This document shows, piece after piece, positions 8,604-16,525 of a stretch of DNA of 29,590 nucleotides. This DNA comes from a virus (Duplodnaviria; Caudoviricetes). Position 1 is the first letter of the stretch. Each line of letters begins with the position of its first letter. The stretch covers positions 1 through 29,590 of the IMG/VR virus record IMGVR_UViG_3300049780_000012; one strand, written 5' to 3'. The position numbers and the translations under genes were made by a program. A model generated the notes under the pieces. The model saw nothing but the letters and a program-made list of their open reading frames with translations, made no database searches and was not told the origin of the DNA.

Positions 8604-11470
8604 CGGTTCCTCCCGTACGCGACCTGGACGTTTCCGCCGCCGACGTTCTTCACCTCAAGGCGGATGCCCTCGTTGATCGCCCGCATGAGCGGGCTGCCCG
8701 CCGACTCGTCGACGTGGGCGACGACCTCCAAGCGGAGAACCCCACCCGAAGCCGCCGCATACCCGGTCGGCGGGATCATCGAGCCCGGCCGGGACAGGCT
8801 CGCGCCGTACCAGCTAGCCGCCTTGTCGAGGATCGCCAGGGACCGGTCCGGGTCCCCGAACTTCGGCACGAACGCCTCACCGCCGGTGGACTGCTCCGCG
8901 TACGCGTACCGGGCCGGACCCATCGGTGAGGCGATGTGCGCCTCACGCAGCACGCCCGTCGCGGCGTGCTCGTAGACCCCACCCCACCTGTTCTTCAGCT
9001 GGGTGCCGCCGGGCACCTTCAGGTCCCCGGAGCTGGTCCAGCGGACCGACCCGGTGACGTACACGTGCTTGCTCTTGATCTGGGCGATCTTCAGGCGTAG
9101 CGCTTCCACCGCCGCCTTCGCCTCGTCCGTATAGGCCCAGAACGGCACCGCTTTTGAAGGGGGGACGCTGCGGACCTTGAAGTTGAAATCGGCCACCTTG
9201 GCGGTGGCTTCCTTCAACCCGGGCGCCGACACATCGGTGGACACCTCGTCGGGGATGTCGTAGTACTTCCCGATCAGCGTGTCGACGGCTTCCTCGTTGT
9301 AGCCGAGGTTCAGCAGCGTGGTCCGCAGGGTGGTGATCTGCGCCTTGTAGGCCGCGTCCGCGTCCGCGATCGACATGTTGTTGTCGATGTTGGCCTGCCG
9401 CAGGTTCTTGATCTTCTCGATCTGGTCCAGCACAGCAGTGGCGTTGTCCCTGCCGGCTTGCTTGTGCGTGTCGAGGGACCGCTTCCCGTTCTCCAGCTCC
9501 GTGTTGAGATCCTTGATCCCTTGCCGGTAGGCGATCAGCGCCTCATCAGCCGACATCCGCTCACCGAACAGTGCGTCGAACGCGGCCTTCAGATCCTCGA
9601 CCTTCGGCGTGGCATCAGCCGCCGCACCGCCAACCCCGGCGATCTTCGGGGCGGTGTCAGTCGACGCCTTCCCCGCCACCTCCAGCGCGCCCGCGTACTG
9701 CGGGAACAACGCCTTCAGCTCGTCGATGGAGACGCCGTCCTTCTCGGCCGCCGCCGCCAGCCGGTCGAACGCCGCCCGCGCATCCTCCGTCTTGCCGCCC
9801 TGCACCAGCTGGGCGAGGGCGCCGTCCATCGCCTCCACCCGCTCCTTTGTGCGGGTCAGCGAAGTGTTCGTGCCGTCGAGGCCGGGAACGACTCCTTCGA
9901 GGAGTTCCTGACCCCATCGGGCGAACTTCCGCCGGCTGTTGTCCGTGTCGGCGAGGAACTTCAACCCGACAGCCAGGTCCTGCATGTCGGTGCCCAGCAC
10001 CCGCGCGGACTCGCCGGCGAGGACCCCGCTCTTGCCGAACTCGCCTAGGCCCTTGGCCATCGCGTCGATCTGCGGGTTCAGGTCCTTCTGCATCGCCCCG
10101 ACAGCAGCGCCAGCGATCTCGAAAGCGGCGAACGCGATGGCCGCCCGACCCGCCCACTTGCTGGCGGTTTCCAGCCCCCGCGCCGCCTTCTGACCGGCAG
10201 GGCCGACATCCCGCAGCTCGGAAAGCATCTCCTGCGTCGATCGGCGCACCCGGATCCAGCCGGCACCAAGCAGCAGCGCACCGCCCGTCAGCCCTGTCAT
10301 CACCGTCAGCGCGCTGGTCAGCGGTGCCGGAAGCTGCCCCACCTCGTCGACCAGCGCCCCGGCGGACTGCACCAGGATCCGCAGCCCACCGTTGGCGCCG
10401 GACCCGGCCTGAATCGCCATCGTCTCCAGCGAGCCCGTGAGCTTCTCGACGTCACCGGCGAGGTTGTCCATCTTCTTCGCCGCCACATCGGCGGCGGCGC
10501 CCTGGTCGTCGACCGCGGCGACGTAGTCCTGGACGCCCTTCTCACCCAACTCGTACAGGATGTTCGCCGCGCGCATACCGTCTGCGCCGAAGATGGTGGC
10601 GAGGGCGGCGTTGCGCTGCTCCTGCGTCAGCTTCCCGAGCGCGGTCTGGAGCTGGCCGGCGAGCTTGGTGGTGCCGATGAAGTTGCCGTTCGCGTCGTAG
10701 GCGGCGATCCCCAGCTCAGCCATCAGGTCCGCGGCCTTGCCGGACGGGGCCTGAAGCATCATCAGAGCCGTCTTGAGGCTGGTGCCCGCGTCGGAGCCGA
10801 CCAGCGCCCGGTCGGCGAACGCCGACAGCGTGCCGACCGTCTCCTCCAAACCCATACCGGCGGCGCTGGCAGCAAGGCCGCCCATCTTCAGGGCTTCGCC
10901 CATCTCGTGCACGTCGGTGGCGGACTTGTTCGCCGCCGCGGCGAGCACGTCGGCGATGTGCCCGACGTCGCCGCCGCTGAGCTTGAACACGTTCATCGTC
11001 TTCGCCGCGATGTCCGCCGATTCGGCCAGGTCAATCGACCCCGCCGCCGCCAGGGACAGGGAACCGGACAGAGCCCCGCCGAGGATGTCCGACGTGTCCA
11101 GGCCCGCCTTCGCCAGCTCCGCCTCAGCCTTCGCGGCCTCCGACGCGCTGAACGCGGTGTCCGCGCCAGCCTTCAGGGCAGCCTGACGCAGCTGCTCCAT
11201 CTGCCCGGCGGTGGCATCCGAGACCGCCCCCACCTCGGACATCTGCTTGTCGAACTTCGCCGCCGCACCTACCGCGACAGCGAACGCCCCCGCCAGACCG
11301 AGACCCATCCGGGTGGCCTGGTCAGCGACCGCGTCGAGCTTCCCGGCCTTGGCCGCCTTGTCCAGCTCCCCGCGCAGCTCGCCCGCCGCCGTACGGGCCT
11401 GACCGAGGCCGGCCTTGAAACCCGACACGTCCGCCTGAAGGCGAACGCCGACGGTACGCAGACCGGCCAC
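8600..11470 (-). CDS. Tape measure protein (TP901-like core)
   Basis: 956 aa, Ala/Gly-rich helical; FDKQMSEV, FSASEAAKAEAELAKAG, GSDAGTSLK and NLAGDVEKLTGS motifs; follows the chaperone genes. Confidence 0.95.
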   Translation of the reverse strand: MAGLRTVGVRLQADVSGFKAGLGQARTAAGELRGELDKAAKAGKLDAVADQATRMGLGLAGAFAVAVGAAAKFDKQMSEVGAVSDATAGQMEQLRQAALKAGADTAFSASEAAKAEAELAKAGLDTSDILGGALSGSLSLAAAGSIDLAESADIAAKTMNVFKLSGGDVGHIADVLAAAANKSATDVHEMGEALKMGGLAASAAGMGLEETVGTLSAFADRALVGSDAGTSLKTALMMLQAPSGKAADLMAELGIAAYDANGNFIGTTKLAGQLQTALGKLTQEQRNAALATIFGADGMRAANILYELGEKGVQDYVAAVDDQGAAADVAAKKMDNLAGDVEKLTGSLETMAIQAGSGANGGLRILVQSAGALVDEVGQLPAPLTSALTVMTGLTGGALLLGAGWIRVRRSTQEMLSELRDVGPAGQKAARGLETASKWAGRAAIAFAAFEIAGAAVGAMQKDLNPQIDAMAKGLGEFGKSGVLAGESARVLGTDMQDLAVGLKFLADTDNSRRKFARWGQELLEGVVPGLDGTNTSLTRTKERVEAMDGALAQLVQGGKTEDARAAFDRLAAAAEKDGVSIDELKALFPQYAGALEVAGKASTDTAPKIAGVGGAAADATPKVEDLKAAFDALFGERMSADEALIAYRQGIKDLNTELENGKRSLDTHKQAGRDNATAVLDQIEKIKNLRQANIDNNMSIADADAAYKAQITTLRTTLLNLGYNEEAVDTLIGKYYDIPDEVSTDVSAPGLKEATAKVADFNFKVRSVPPSKAVPFWAYTDEAKAAVEALRLKIAQIKSKHVYVTGSVRWTSSGDLKVPGGTQLKNRWGGVYEHAATGVLREAHIASPMGPARYAYAEQSTGGEAFVPKFGDPDRSLAILDKAASWYGASLSRPGSMIPPTGYAAASGGVLRLEVVAHVDESAGSPLMRAINEGIRLEVKNVGGGNVQVAYGRNR

Positions 11471-11473
11471 CAG

Positions 11474-11881
11474 TCACCTCCGCTCAGCGTGCAGCAGCAG
11501 CGCCTCCGGCTGCGGGCTGTCCTTGTACTGCGGCGCCGCGAGACGCAACGCCGTCGTCGCGTAGCAGCGGCGGGCCGGCGGAACCAGCCACTCGCTCTCC
11601 GAGTCCGGGTCGGTGCACACCGACAACGGCCGACCACACTGCGGGCACAGCCGCGCGCGGTAGACGGCGAGGGCGAGCATCCAGCCGCGCTGCTCGTCGT
11701 CCCACTCCGGCACCCGGATCGTCACCGACCGGGCCAGCCGGCCACTCTCGTCGTACTCGTACTCGGTGATTTCGCCCGGCTCTTCACCCATGAACCGGGC
11801 CAGGCTCACACCGAGGCGTTCAGCCGCCTCTACCCGCGCCCGGAGTTCCGGGTCGGCTTCGAGGCGGCCGGCGAGAAAGGG
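11474..11881 (-). CDS. Tail assembly chaperone, -1 frameshift extension (gpT-like portion)
   Basis: The -1 frame is open from the slippery site: FLAGRLEADPELRARVEAAERLGVSLARFMGEEP...CPQCG..., ending 4 nt before the TMP start. Confidence 0.85.
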   Translation of the reverse strand, partial: PFLAGRLEADPELRARVEAAERLGVSLARFMGEEPGEITEYEYDESGRLARSVTIRVPEWDDEQRGWMLALAVYRARLCPQCGRPLSVCTDPDSESEWLVPPARRCYATTALRLAAPQYKDSPQPEALLLHAERR

Positions 11882-12390
11882 ACATCCACCGGATGCCGGG
11901 TCAACCGGAACGCAACCTTGAACAGCTGCTGCAACTGGTTGGAGGTGATCAGCCCGAGGGTGTCCTCGTCGCCGAGCAGCGCCCGCCAGTCGTCGTCGTC
12001 CATCACCGGCTCGACGGTGGCGGCCCGCACCAGAGCGGCGGGGAAGGTCTCCATGTTGTAGCCGAACTCGGCGTCCTGCGGATCGGCCGTCCCGGCGGCG
12101 TCCTTGCGCGGCTGGTGCTGGTCGAGCAGCCGCGACCAGTGCAGATCGTCGAGGCCACGCAACTTGAAGTCGACCGCGAACTCGTCGAGCTTGGCCTGCA
12201 ACTCCTCGACCCGCTGCTCGGCGTCCGCGACCGACCCGTTGCCGGCCAGGGAGTCAGATGGCTTCTTCGCCTCGTCGAGCGCCTGGACGGCCGCTTCGTA
12301 CTCGTCGAGCAGGTCGAGGTCGGCGCCCAGCCAGATCCGCTCGGATCTGGTGGTTGGCTGCGCCCGTCGGATCCGTTCCTTGATGTCCAT
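11830..12390 (-). CDS. Tail assembly chaperone (gpG-like)
   Basis: Between MTP and TMP; ATG at 12390 preceded by GGAAGGG; ends VDVPFS at the slippery site. Confidence 0.85.
   Translation of the reverse strand: MDIKERIRRAQPTTRSERIWLGADLDLLDEYEAAVQALDEAKKPSDSLAGNGSVADAEQRVEELQAKLDEFAVDFKLRGLDDLHWSRLLDQHQPRKDAAGTADPQDAEFGYNMETFPAALVRAATVEPVMDDDDWRALLGDEDTLGLITSNQLQQLFKVAFRLTRHPVDVPFSPAASKPTRNSGRG
11875..11881 (-). other. Programmed -1 ribosomal frameshift heptamer C CCT TTC
   Basis: X XXY YYZ pattern in the correct phase (gtC CCT TTC); a -1 shift joins the two chaperone ORFs. Confidence 0.85.
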
Positions 12391-12424
12391 GTCCAGCCCT
12401 TCCATGCCAGCCCGCGATTGGTGC

Positions 12425-12460
12425 GGGGCGGCCGAGCCGGGCTGGTGGCCCGACCGCCCC
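12425..12460 (-). terminator. Stem-loop between major tail and chaperone genes (attenuator or mRNA stabiliser)
   Basis: GGGGCGGTCGGGCC-ACCAGCCC-GGCTCGGCCGCCCC: 14-bp stem whose two imperfect positions are G-U pairs only on the minus strand; no U-tract. Confidence 0.55.
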
Positions 12461-12507
12461 GGTCATGGATCAGGCGACAGACGACCGCAGCGACGGCGAG
12501 GCCGCGC

Positions 12508-12513
12508 TACCCT
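12508..12513 (+). promoter_or_regulatory. -10 box TACCCT of a putative leaderless transcript
   Basis: TANNNT 6 nt before ATG at 12520; no SD. Confidence 0.6.
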
Positions 12514-12519
12514 GACGGC

Positions 12520-12627
12520 ATGGACGCGGTCTGGACCTTCATGCAAGACCACACCCTCGAAGCCGCCATCGCCGCGATCGTGATCAGCGCCCTTAACATC
12601 GCCTTCACGGTCGCCCGTAGGAGCTAG
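12520..12627 (+). CDS. 35-aa single-TM peptide (antisense moron)
   Basis: MDAVWTFMQDHTLEAAIAAIVISALNIAFTVARRS; fills the MTP-TAC gap; its TAG shares CTAG (12624-12627) with the MTP stop. Confidence 0.65.
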   Translation: MDAVWTFMQDHTLEAAIAAIVISALNIAFTVARRS

Positions 12628-13103
12628 GCGACCGTCGCCGACAGCGACGGCGCCGCGGTGATCGGCGTCGCGACCTCGTACTTCTGCACCGAGTTGGCCT
12701 CCGGGGCGAGCATCTTCCGCTGCCCGCAGGTCACCGGGTACACCTCGACGGCCTGGGAGGACGCCCACGAGGTCGTCTCCGCGACACCGCGGCGGATCAC
12801 GATGAAGCCCGACGTTCCCCGCGACAGCGTCGTGAACGCCGTGTCCGGCGACGTCTGCTTCTTCATCCGCAGCCCCGTGCCGGAGAAGCTGTCCCGGCCG
12901 ATCGTCTTCGTGTCGAAGGTGCTGGCCAGGCTGGTGGTGTCCACCTCCGCCGTGGTCGCCTCGAACCCCATCAGCCCGTCAGCGGTGATGACCTGCTGAA
13001 GCAGGATCCCCGCGTTCAGCTCCGTGGTCGTCGGGGCGTTCTGGTTGGTGATGGCTCCCACCCACGCGACGCGGGTCATGCCATCGGCGAGGACGTCAGC
13101 CAT
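12624..13103 (-). CDS. Major tail (tube) protein
   Basis: MADVLADGMTRVAWV...APTTTELNAG...GFIVIRRG...VEVYPV motifs of actinophage tail tube proteins; position before the chaperones. Confidence 0.9.
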   Translation of the reverse strand: MADVLADGMTRVAWVGAITNQNAPTTTELNAGILLQQVITADGLMGFEATTAEVDTTSLASTFDTKTIGRDSFSGTGLRMKKQTSPDTAFTTLSRGTSGFIVIRRGVAETTSWASSQAVEVYPVTCGQRKMLAPEANSVQKYEVATPITAAPSLSATVA

Positions 13104-13368
13104 CGCTCATGTCTCCGTTCTGGGCGCCGCGGCGGGCGACCTTCGTGGTCGGCTTGTCGTTCTGCTTGGCCGGCTTCGTCGCGGCCTGGTCCTGCTGCTC
13201 ACGCCAGGCGAGGTTCTCGGCGGTCACTGGATTCGACTCAGCCGGCGGCTCATCGGCCACCTCCCAGCCGTTGGCCAGCCAGTCCTCCACTGCCGCAGCC
13301 GGGCAGCGGAAGTAGCCGCCGGTGTCGGGGTGCTTCAGCCACACGAACTCGGTATCCATCGCGGTCAT
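13096..13368 (-). CDS. Small conserved-type phage protein before the MTP, 90 aa
   Basis: ATGA overlap at 13365-13368; VWLKHPDTGG...W..GW motif followed by a low-complexity tail. Confidence 0.75.
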   Translation of the reverse strand: MTAMDTEFVWLKHPDTGGYFRCPAAAVEDWLANGWEVADEPPAESNPVTAENLAWREQQDQAATKPAKQNDKPTTKVARRGAQNGDMSDG

Positions 13369-13703
13369 CCCATCGCGACGAGAGCGCAGGTCACGGACGT
13401 GGTGAACGAGTGCGTCACCGTCACCACCCCGGTCACCGGGTCGACCGACCGCGGATTGATGTAGATCGTCCGCGCGGACGCGGCGGGAACAGTCACCGTC
13501 GCCGGGGTGGCGGCGTTGCCCGCCGGGGATCTGCCGGCATCCGAGATGGTGACGGTGTCCGCCGACCCGCCCGCGTTGATGACGACCAGAACCGCGCCGA
13601 GCTGACCGAGGTCCCCCTGCGCGATCGTGTCCGAGGACGAAACGACACCGGGTGACCACGCCACCCCGGCGGCCGTCGGCCGGATTGCGTTCAGCAGCGC
13701 CAT
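13365..13703 (-). CDS. Small beta-sandwich virion protein, 112 aa
   Basis: AGGAGGT SD before ATG at 13703; LVVINAGGSADTVTI...TVTVPA...I beta pattern. Confidence 0.75.
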   Translation of the reverse strand: MALLNAIRPTAAGVAWSPGVVSSSDTIAQGDLGQLGAVLVVINAGGSADTVTISDAGRSPAGNAATPATVTVPAASARTIYINPRSVDPVTGVVTVTHSFTTSVTCALVAMG

Positions 13704-13768
13704 GCGCCGCACCTCCTGAGTGGTTAGGTCCGCCCGTGCGGCGGAGGTTGATCTCTCCAGGCAGCCGG

Positions 13769-13774
13769 TACCGT
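13769..13774 (+). promoter_or_regulatory. -10 box TACCGT of a putative leaderless transcript
   Basis: TANNNT 7 nt before ATG at 13782; no SD. Confidence 0.55.
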
Positions 13775-13781
13775 GGCCGAC

Positions 13782-13970
13782 ATGACTGAGCAGCACGAAT
13801 CGCGCTGGAGCTTGAACAGCACCGGCAACCGCGTCCTACTGGCGGTCGTCGTCGGCCTGCTCGTCTCGTTCTGCGCAGGCGTCGCCGAGCTACACGGCGC
13901 GGCACGGGTCGTCGTGTTCGTCGTAGCCGCCGGGCTCACGTACGCGCTGGTGACAACCCTGCGGCGCTAG
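13782..13970 (+). CDS. 62-aa two-TM membrane protein (antisense moron)
   Basis: MTEQHESRW...VLLAVVVGLLVSFCAGV...VVVFVVAAGLTYALV..RR; stop shares CTAG (13967-13970) with the tail terminator gene. Confidence 0.75.
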   Translation: MTEQHESRWSLNSTGNRVLLAVVVGLLVSFCAGVAELHGAARVVVFVVAAGLTYALVTTLRR

Positions 13971-14377
13971 GCCGGCTCGGACTCCAGCCGGTAGATGTCC
14001 ACCCGGTCCATCACCAACGTGCCTGTGGACTCGTCACGCTGCGGCGGCTGCCCATCCTCACGGCGGATCGGGAAGCACTGACGGCCCGCCACCTGCGGCA
14101 CCACGTTCAGCAAGACCCCGCGCACCCGCTCGCCGACGGCGCGTGACGCCGGCGCGTTTCCGCCGACGCTGTGCGCGTACAGCCGCAGGACGTACCGGCC
14201 CGGCGGCGGTGATAGCGGCCGGGAATCCGGCAGCTCCGGGTCGTTGTCGGCGAAGTAGACCACCACATACGGCGGCACCGCACCGTTCGGCACCGCCCCG
14301 TCATGCACGGTCAGCGGAGTGCCACCGGGCGCGGCGCGCAGCAGCGTGAGGATCGCATCGGCGTGCTCCCGGATCAC
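13967..14377 (-). CDS. Tail terminator / tail completion protein
   Basis: VHDGAVP...PPYVVVY...LYAHSVG motif; neck position. Confidence 0.8.
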   Translation of the reverse strand: MIREHADAILTLLRAAPGGTPLTVHDGAVPNGAVPPYVVVYFADNDPELPDSRPLSPPPGRYVLRLYAHSVGGNAPASRAVGERVRGVLLNVVPQVAGRQCFPIRREDGQPPQRDESTGTLVMDRVDIYRLESEPA

Positions 14378-14763
14378 CGGTCCTCCAGCAGCCGCACAGA
14401 CAGGTCCTCCATCGCCCGCTCAAACCGCGGCATCTCCTCATCGGCCGCCGGCTCGACGTGCGGAATCGGCGGGTTCTTCACCGTGCCGTAGTTGAGGATG
14501 TTCCCCAGCGCGCCCTGCCGGCGATTCTTGTCCGGGCCGATCTCCGCCTCCGGCCCACGGAACCCCTGCGACGTGTCGTAGGTAATCGCGGACGGGTATG
14601 CGGGCGCGTGCCCGATGCCCGTGACACGCCGCCGCATCCCGTTCTTGATGTTCAGAGCGCCCTTCTCGACGACCTTGGCGGCCTCCTGCGGGCTCTTGCT
14701 GGCAGCCTTGTCGAGTTGGACCGTCAACCGGGCGAGGTCATCCGAGTCGATGCTGACCCTCAC
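14374..14763 (-). CDS. HK97 gp10-like neck/tail component
   Basis: VVEKGALNIK...SAITYD...AEIGPDK...QGALGNILNYGTVKNPP.PH motif. Confidence 0.8.
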   Translation of the reverse strand: MRVSIDSDDLARLTVQLDKAASKSPQEAAKVVEKGALNIKNGMRRRVTGIGHAPAYPSAITYDTSQGFRGPEAEIGPDKNRRQGALGNILNYGTVKNPPIPHVEPAADEEMPRFERAMEDLSVRLLEDR

Positions 14764-15191
14764 GACGTCCGCTCCTCCACCTGAAGGCGGCGCATCACCG
14801 CGTGCGTCTTGTGAGCCAGCCCCCGCACCACGAACTCGCGGTCAACCAGATCCGGGTCGTACACCGACGCGGTCACCTTCACCACGTCGTCGGCCTGAAC
14901 ACCCGTCACCGACATCGGCACCTGCAACTCGAAGCGGACCATCAGCAGCGACGCCTCACCGGAGTCCTCCTCCTGCGCGGTCGCGGTCGGCTGCTGCATC
15001 CGGCACTTCCCCGAATACACCAACCCGAACGTCGGCGTGACATTGCCGTCGTCGTCCGTCGTCTCACCCGTCCGCCGGCGGATCGTGCACGCGTCCACCA
15101 TCAGCCGCTCAGCGGCGGCACGACCACGCGCCACGACCGCCCCAGGAGGGCCGAGAGCAGTGGCCGGGGGTGGACCCGCAGGTATCGGCAT
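14760..15191 (-). CDS. Head-tail stopper (DUF6093-like)
   Basis: GRAAAERLMVDACTIRR...VYSGKCR...LQVP...KTHAVMRR; GGGAGGGG SD before ATG at 15191. Confidence 0.85.
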   Translation of the reverse strand: MPIPAGPPPATALGPPGAVVARGRAAAERLMVDACTIRRRTGETTDDDGNVTPTFGLVYSGKCRMQQPTATAQEEDSGEASLLMVRFELQVPMSVTGVQADDVVKVTASVYDPDLVDREFVVRGLAHKTHAVMRRLQVEERTS

Positions 15192-15271
15192 GACCACCCC
15201 TCCCGCCACTGCTCGAAACCGAACGGCCCATCAGGCGCGACCCCACCCGCCCTCGACCGGTTGGCCAAGGC

Positions 15272-16525
15272 GTGGGTAAAAAACCTCAGATAGTCGGCGT
15301 CCGCGCGTGGGTGCAAGCCGCCGCTCTCGCGCTGCTGCTCGTCGGGTCGCTGCTGCCCACCGGCGGCATACCCGTCGTCACCATCACCGCCGCCGCGCTC
15401 GCCCTACCCATCGCCGGGGCGCTCATCGGCGGGCTGCCGTACCTACACCGGTCCGCGTGCCTCGCCCTGCTCCTCGCCACGCTCATCGCCGTGCCGGCCT
15501 ACCTCAACCCGCCGACCAGCATCTACGGCACCGACAAAACCAGCGCGTACCTGATGCTCACCGTGCCAACCGCCGCAGCCGCGCTGCTCATCCGCGACCG
15601 CCGCGACATCACCACCTGGGCGAAAGTCTGGGTCGTAGCCGGCCTCGCCCTCGCCGTATTCGCGCTCGCCGGCGGCGTCGACCCCAACGGCCGCGCCATC
15701 GGCTCCGACGGCAGCAGCAACCCCATCTGGCTCGCCCGCGGCATCGGCAGCCCCGCCGCCGCACTGCTGTGGCTGATGGCCACCCGCGCCACCGCCCTCC
15801 GCATCGGACTACCCGCCGCCGGGATCCTCGCCGTCGGCCTCTACGCCACCGGCTCCCGAGGGCCCGTCGTCGCCCTCGTCATCGCCGCCGTCATCGTCGC
15901 CACCCTGTCATCGCCGACCGCCCGGGCCAGCCGCGCTGCCACACTCGCCCTGCTCTCGGCAGCCGGTCTGTTCCTCGCCGTCGCGTTCCGGCTCGTCCCC
16001 GCCACATCCCGCATCGGCGCGCTGCTCTACGAACCCGGCGCCGAACTCGAAGCGTCCGACCGGATCGCCCTGGCCCGGCCCACCCTCGACGTGATCGCCG
16101 ACCACCCGGCCGGCGTCGGGATCGGAAACTGGGCTGTCCACGTCCCGATCCCGCCCTACCTGTACCCGCACAACCTCTTCCTAGAGGTGACCGCCGAAGC
16201 CGGATGGGCGGCTGGGGCGGTCCTCATCGCCGTGCTGCTGCGCGTCACCGTCCGCCTGTGGCGCGCGTCGAAAACCGAGCCGGCGGCGGTGCTGATGCTC
16301 GCCCTGCTGGTGTTCGAGACGACCTGCGTCAGCGTCTCCGGCGACCTCAACGCCCGCACCTTCTACTTCGTCCTCGCCCTCGGCTACGCGGTCAGCTGGT
16401 GGCCGGCTACGACAGCCCCACCCACGGTGTCGCCACCGCCGCCGTCAGAGCCGGCAGGGTTGCCGGCAGCGCGGTCAGCGCCGACCCAGCGGTCGCGTAC
16501 CGAGGCAGCGTGGTCTTCACGTTGA
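15272..16525 (+). CDS. O-antigen ligase / Wzy_C-family polytopic membrane protein
   Basis: About 11-12 TM segments; NPIWLAR, TGSRGP, HPAGVGIGNW and YPHNLFLEVTAEAG signatures. The start may instead be GTG at 15311. Confidence 0.85.
   Translation: MGKKPQIVGVRAWVQAAALALLLVGSLLPTGGIPVVTITAAALALPIAGALIGGLPYLHRSACLALLLATLIAVPAYLNPPTSIYGTDKTSAYLMLTVPTAAAALLIRDRRDITTWAKVWVVAGLALAVFALAGGVDPNGRAIGSDGSSNPIWLARGIGSPAAALLWLMATRATALRIGLPAAGILAVGLYATGSRGPVVALVIAAVIVATLSSPTARASRAATLALLSAAGLFLAVAFRLVPATSRIGALLYEPGAELEASDRIALARPTLDVIADHPAGVGIGNWAVHVPIPPYLYPHNLFLEVTAEAGWAAGAVLIAVLLRVTVRLWRASKTEPAAVLMLALLVFETTCVSVSGDLNARTFYFVLALGYAVSWWPATTAPPTVSPPPPSEPAGLPAARSAPTQRSRTEAAWSSR

Noticed and set aside
11893-12519. 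244-aa plus-strand ORF 11893..12627 as a full gene
   Set aside because: Most of it is antisense to the chaperone gene; only the last 35 codons have protein-like composition and a promoter.
13729-13745. TCCGCC/GGCGGA inverted repeat
   Set aside because: A 6-bp GC stem is expected by chance at this GC content.
15277-15294. AT-rich TAAAAAACCTCAGATAGT as a leaderless promoter for the Wzy-like gene
   Set aside because: Probably promoter-related, but no TANNNT box sits 6-7 nt before an in-frame start, so it could not be assigned; the gene start stays uncertain.
15101-15316. 71-aa minus-strand ORF as a functional gene
   Set aside because: Overlaps both the stopper and the Wzy-like gene and lacks an SD; only its GVAPDGPF segment is noted as a possible relic.
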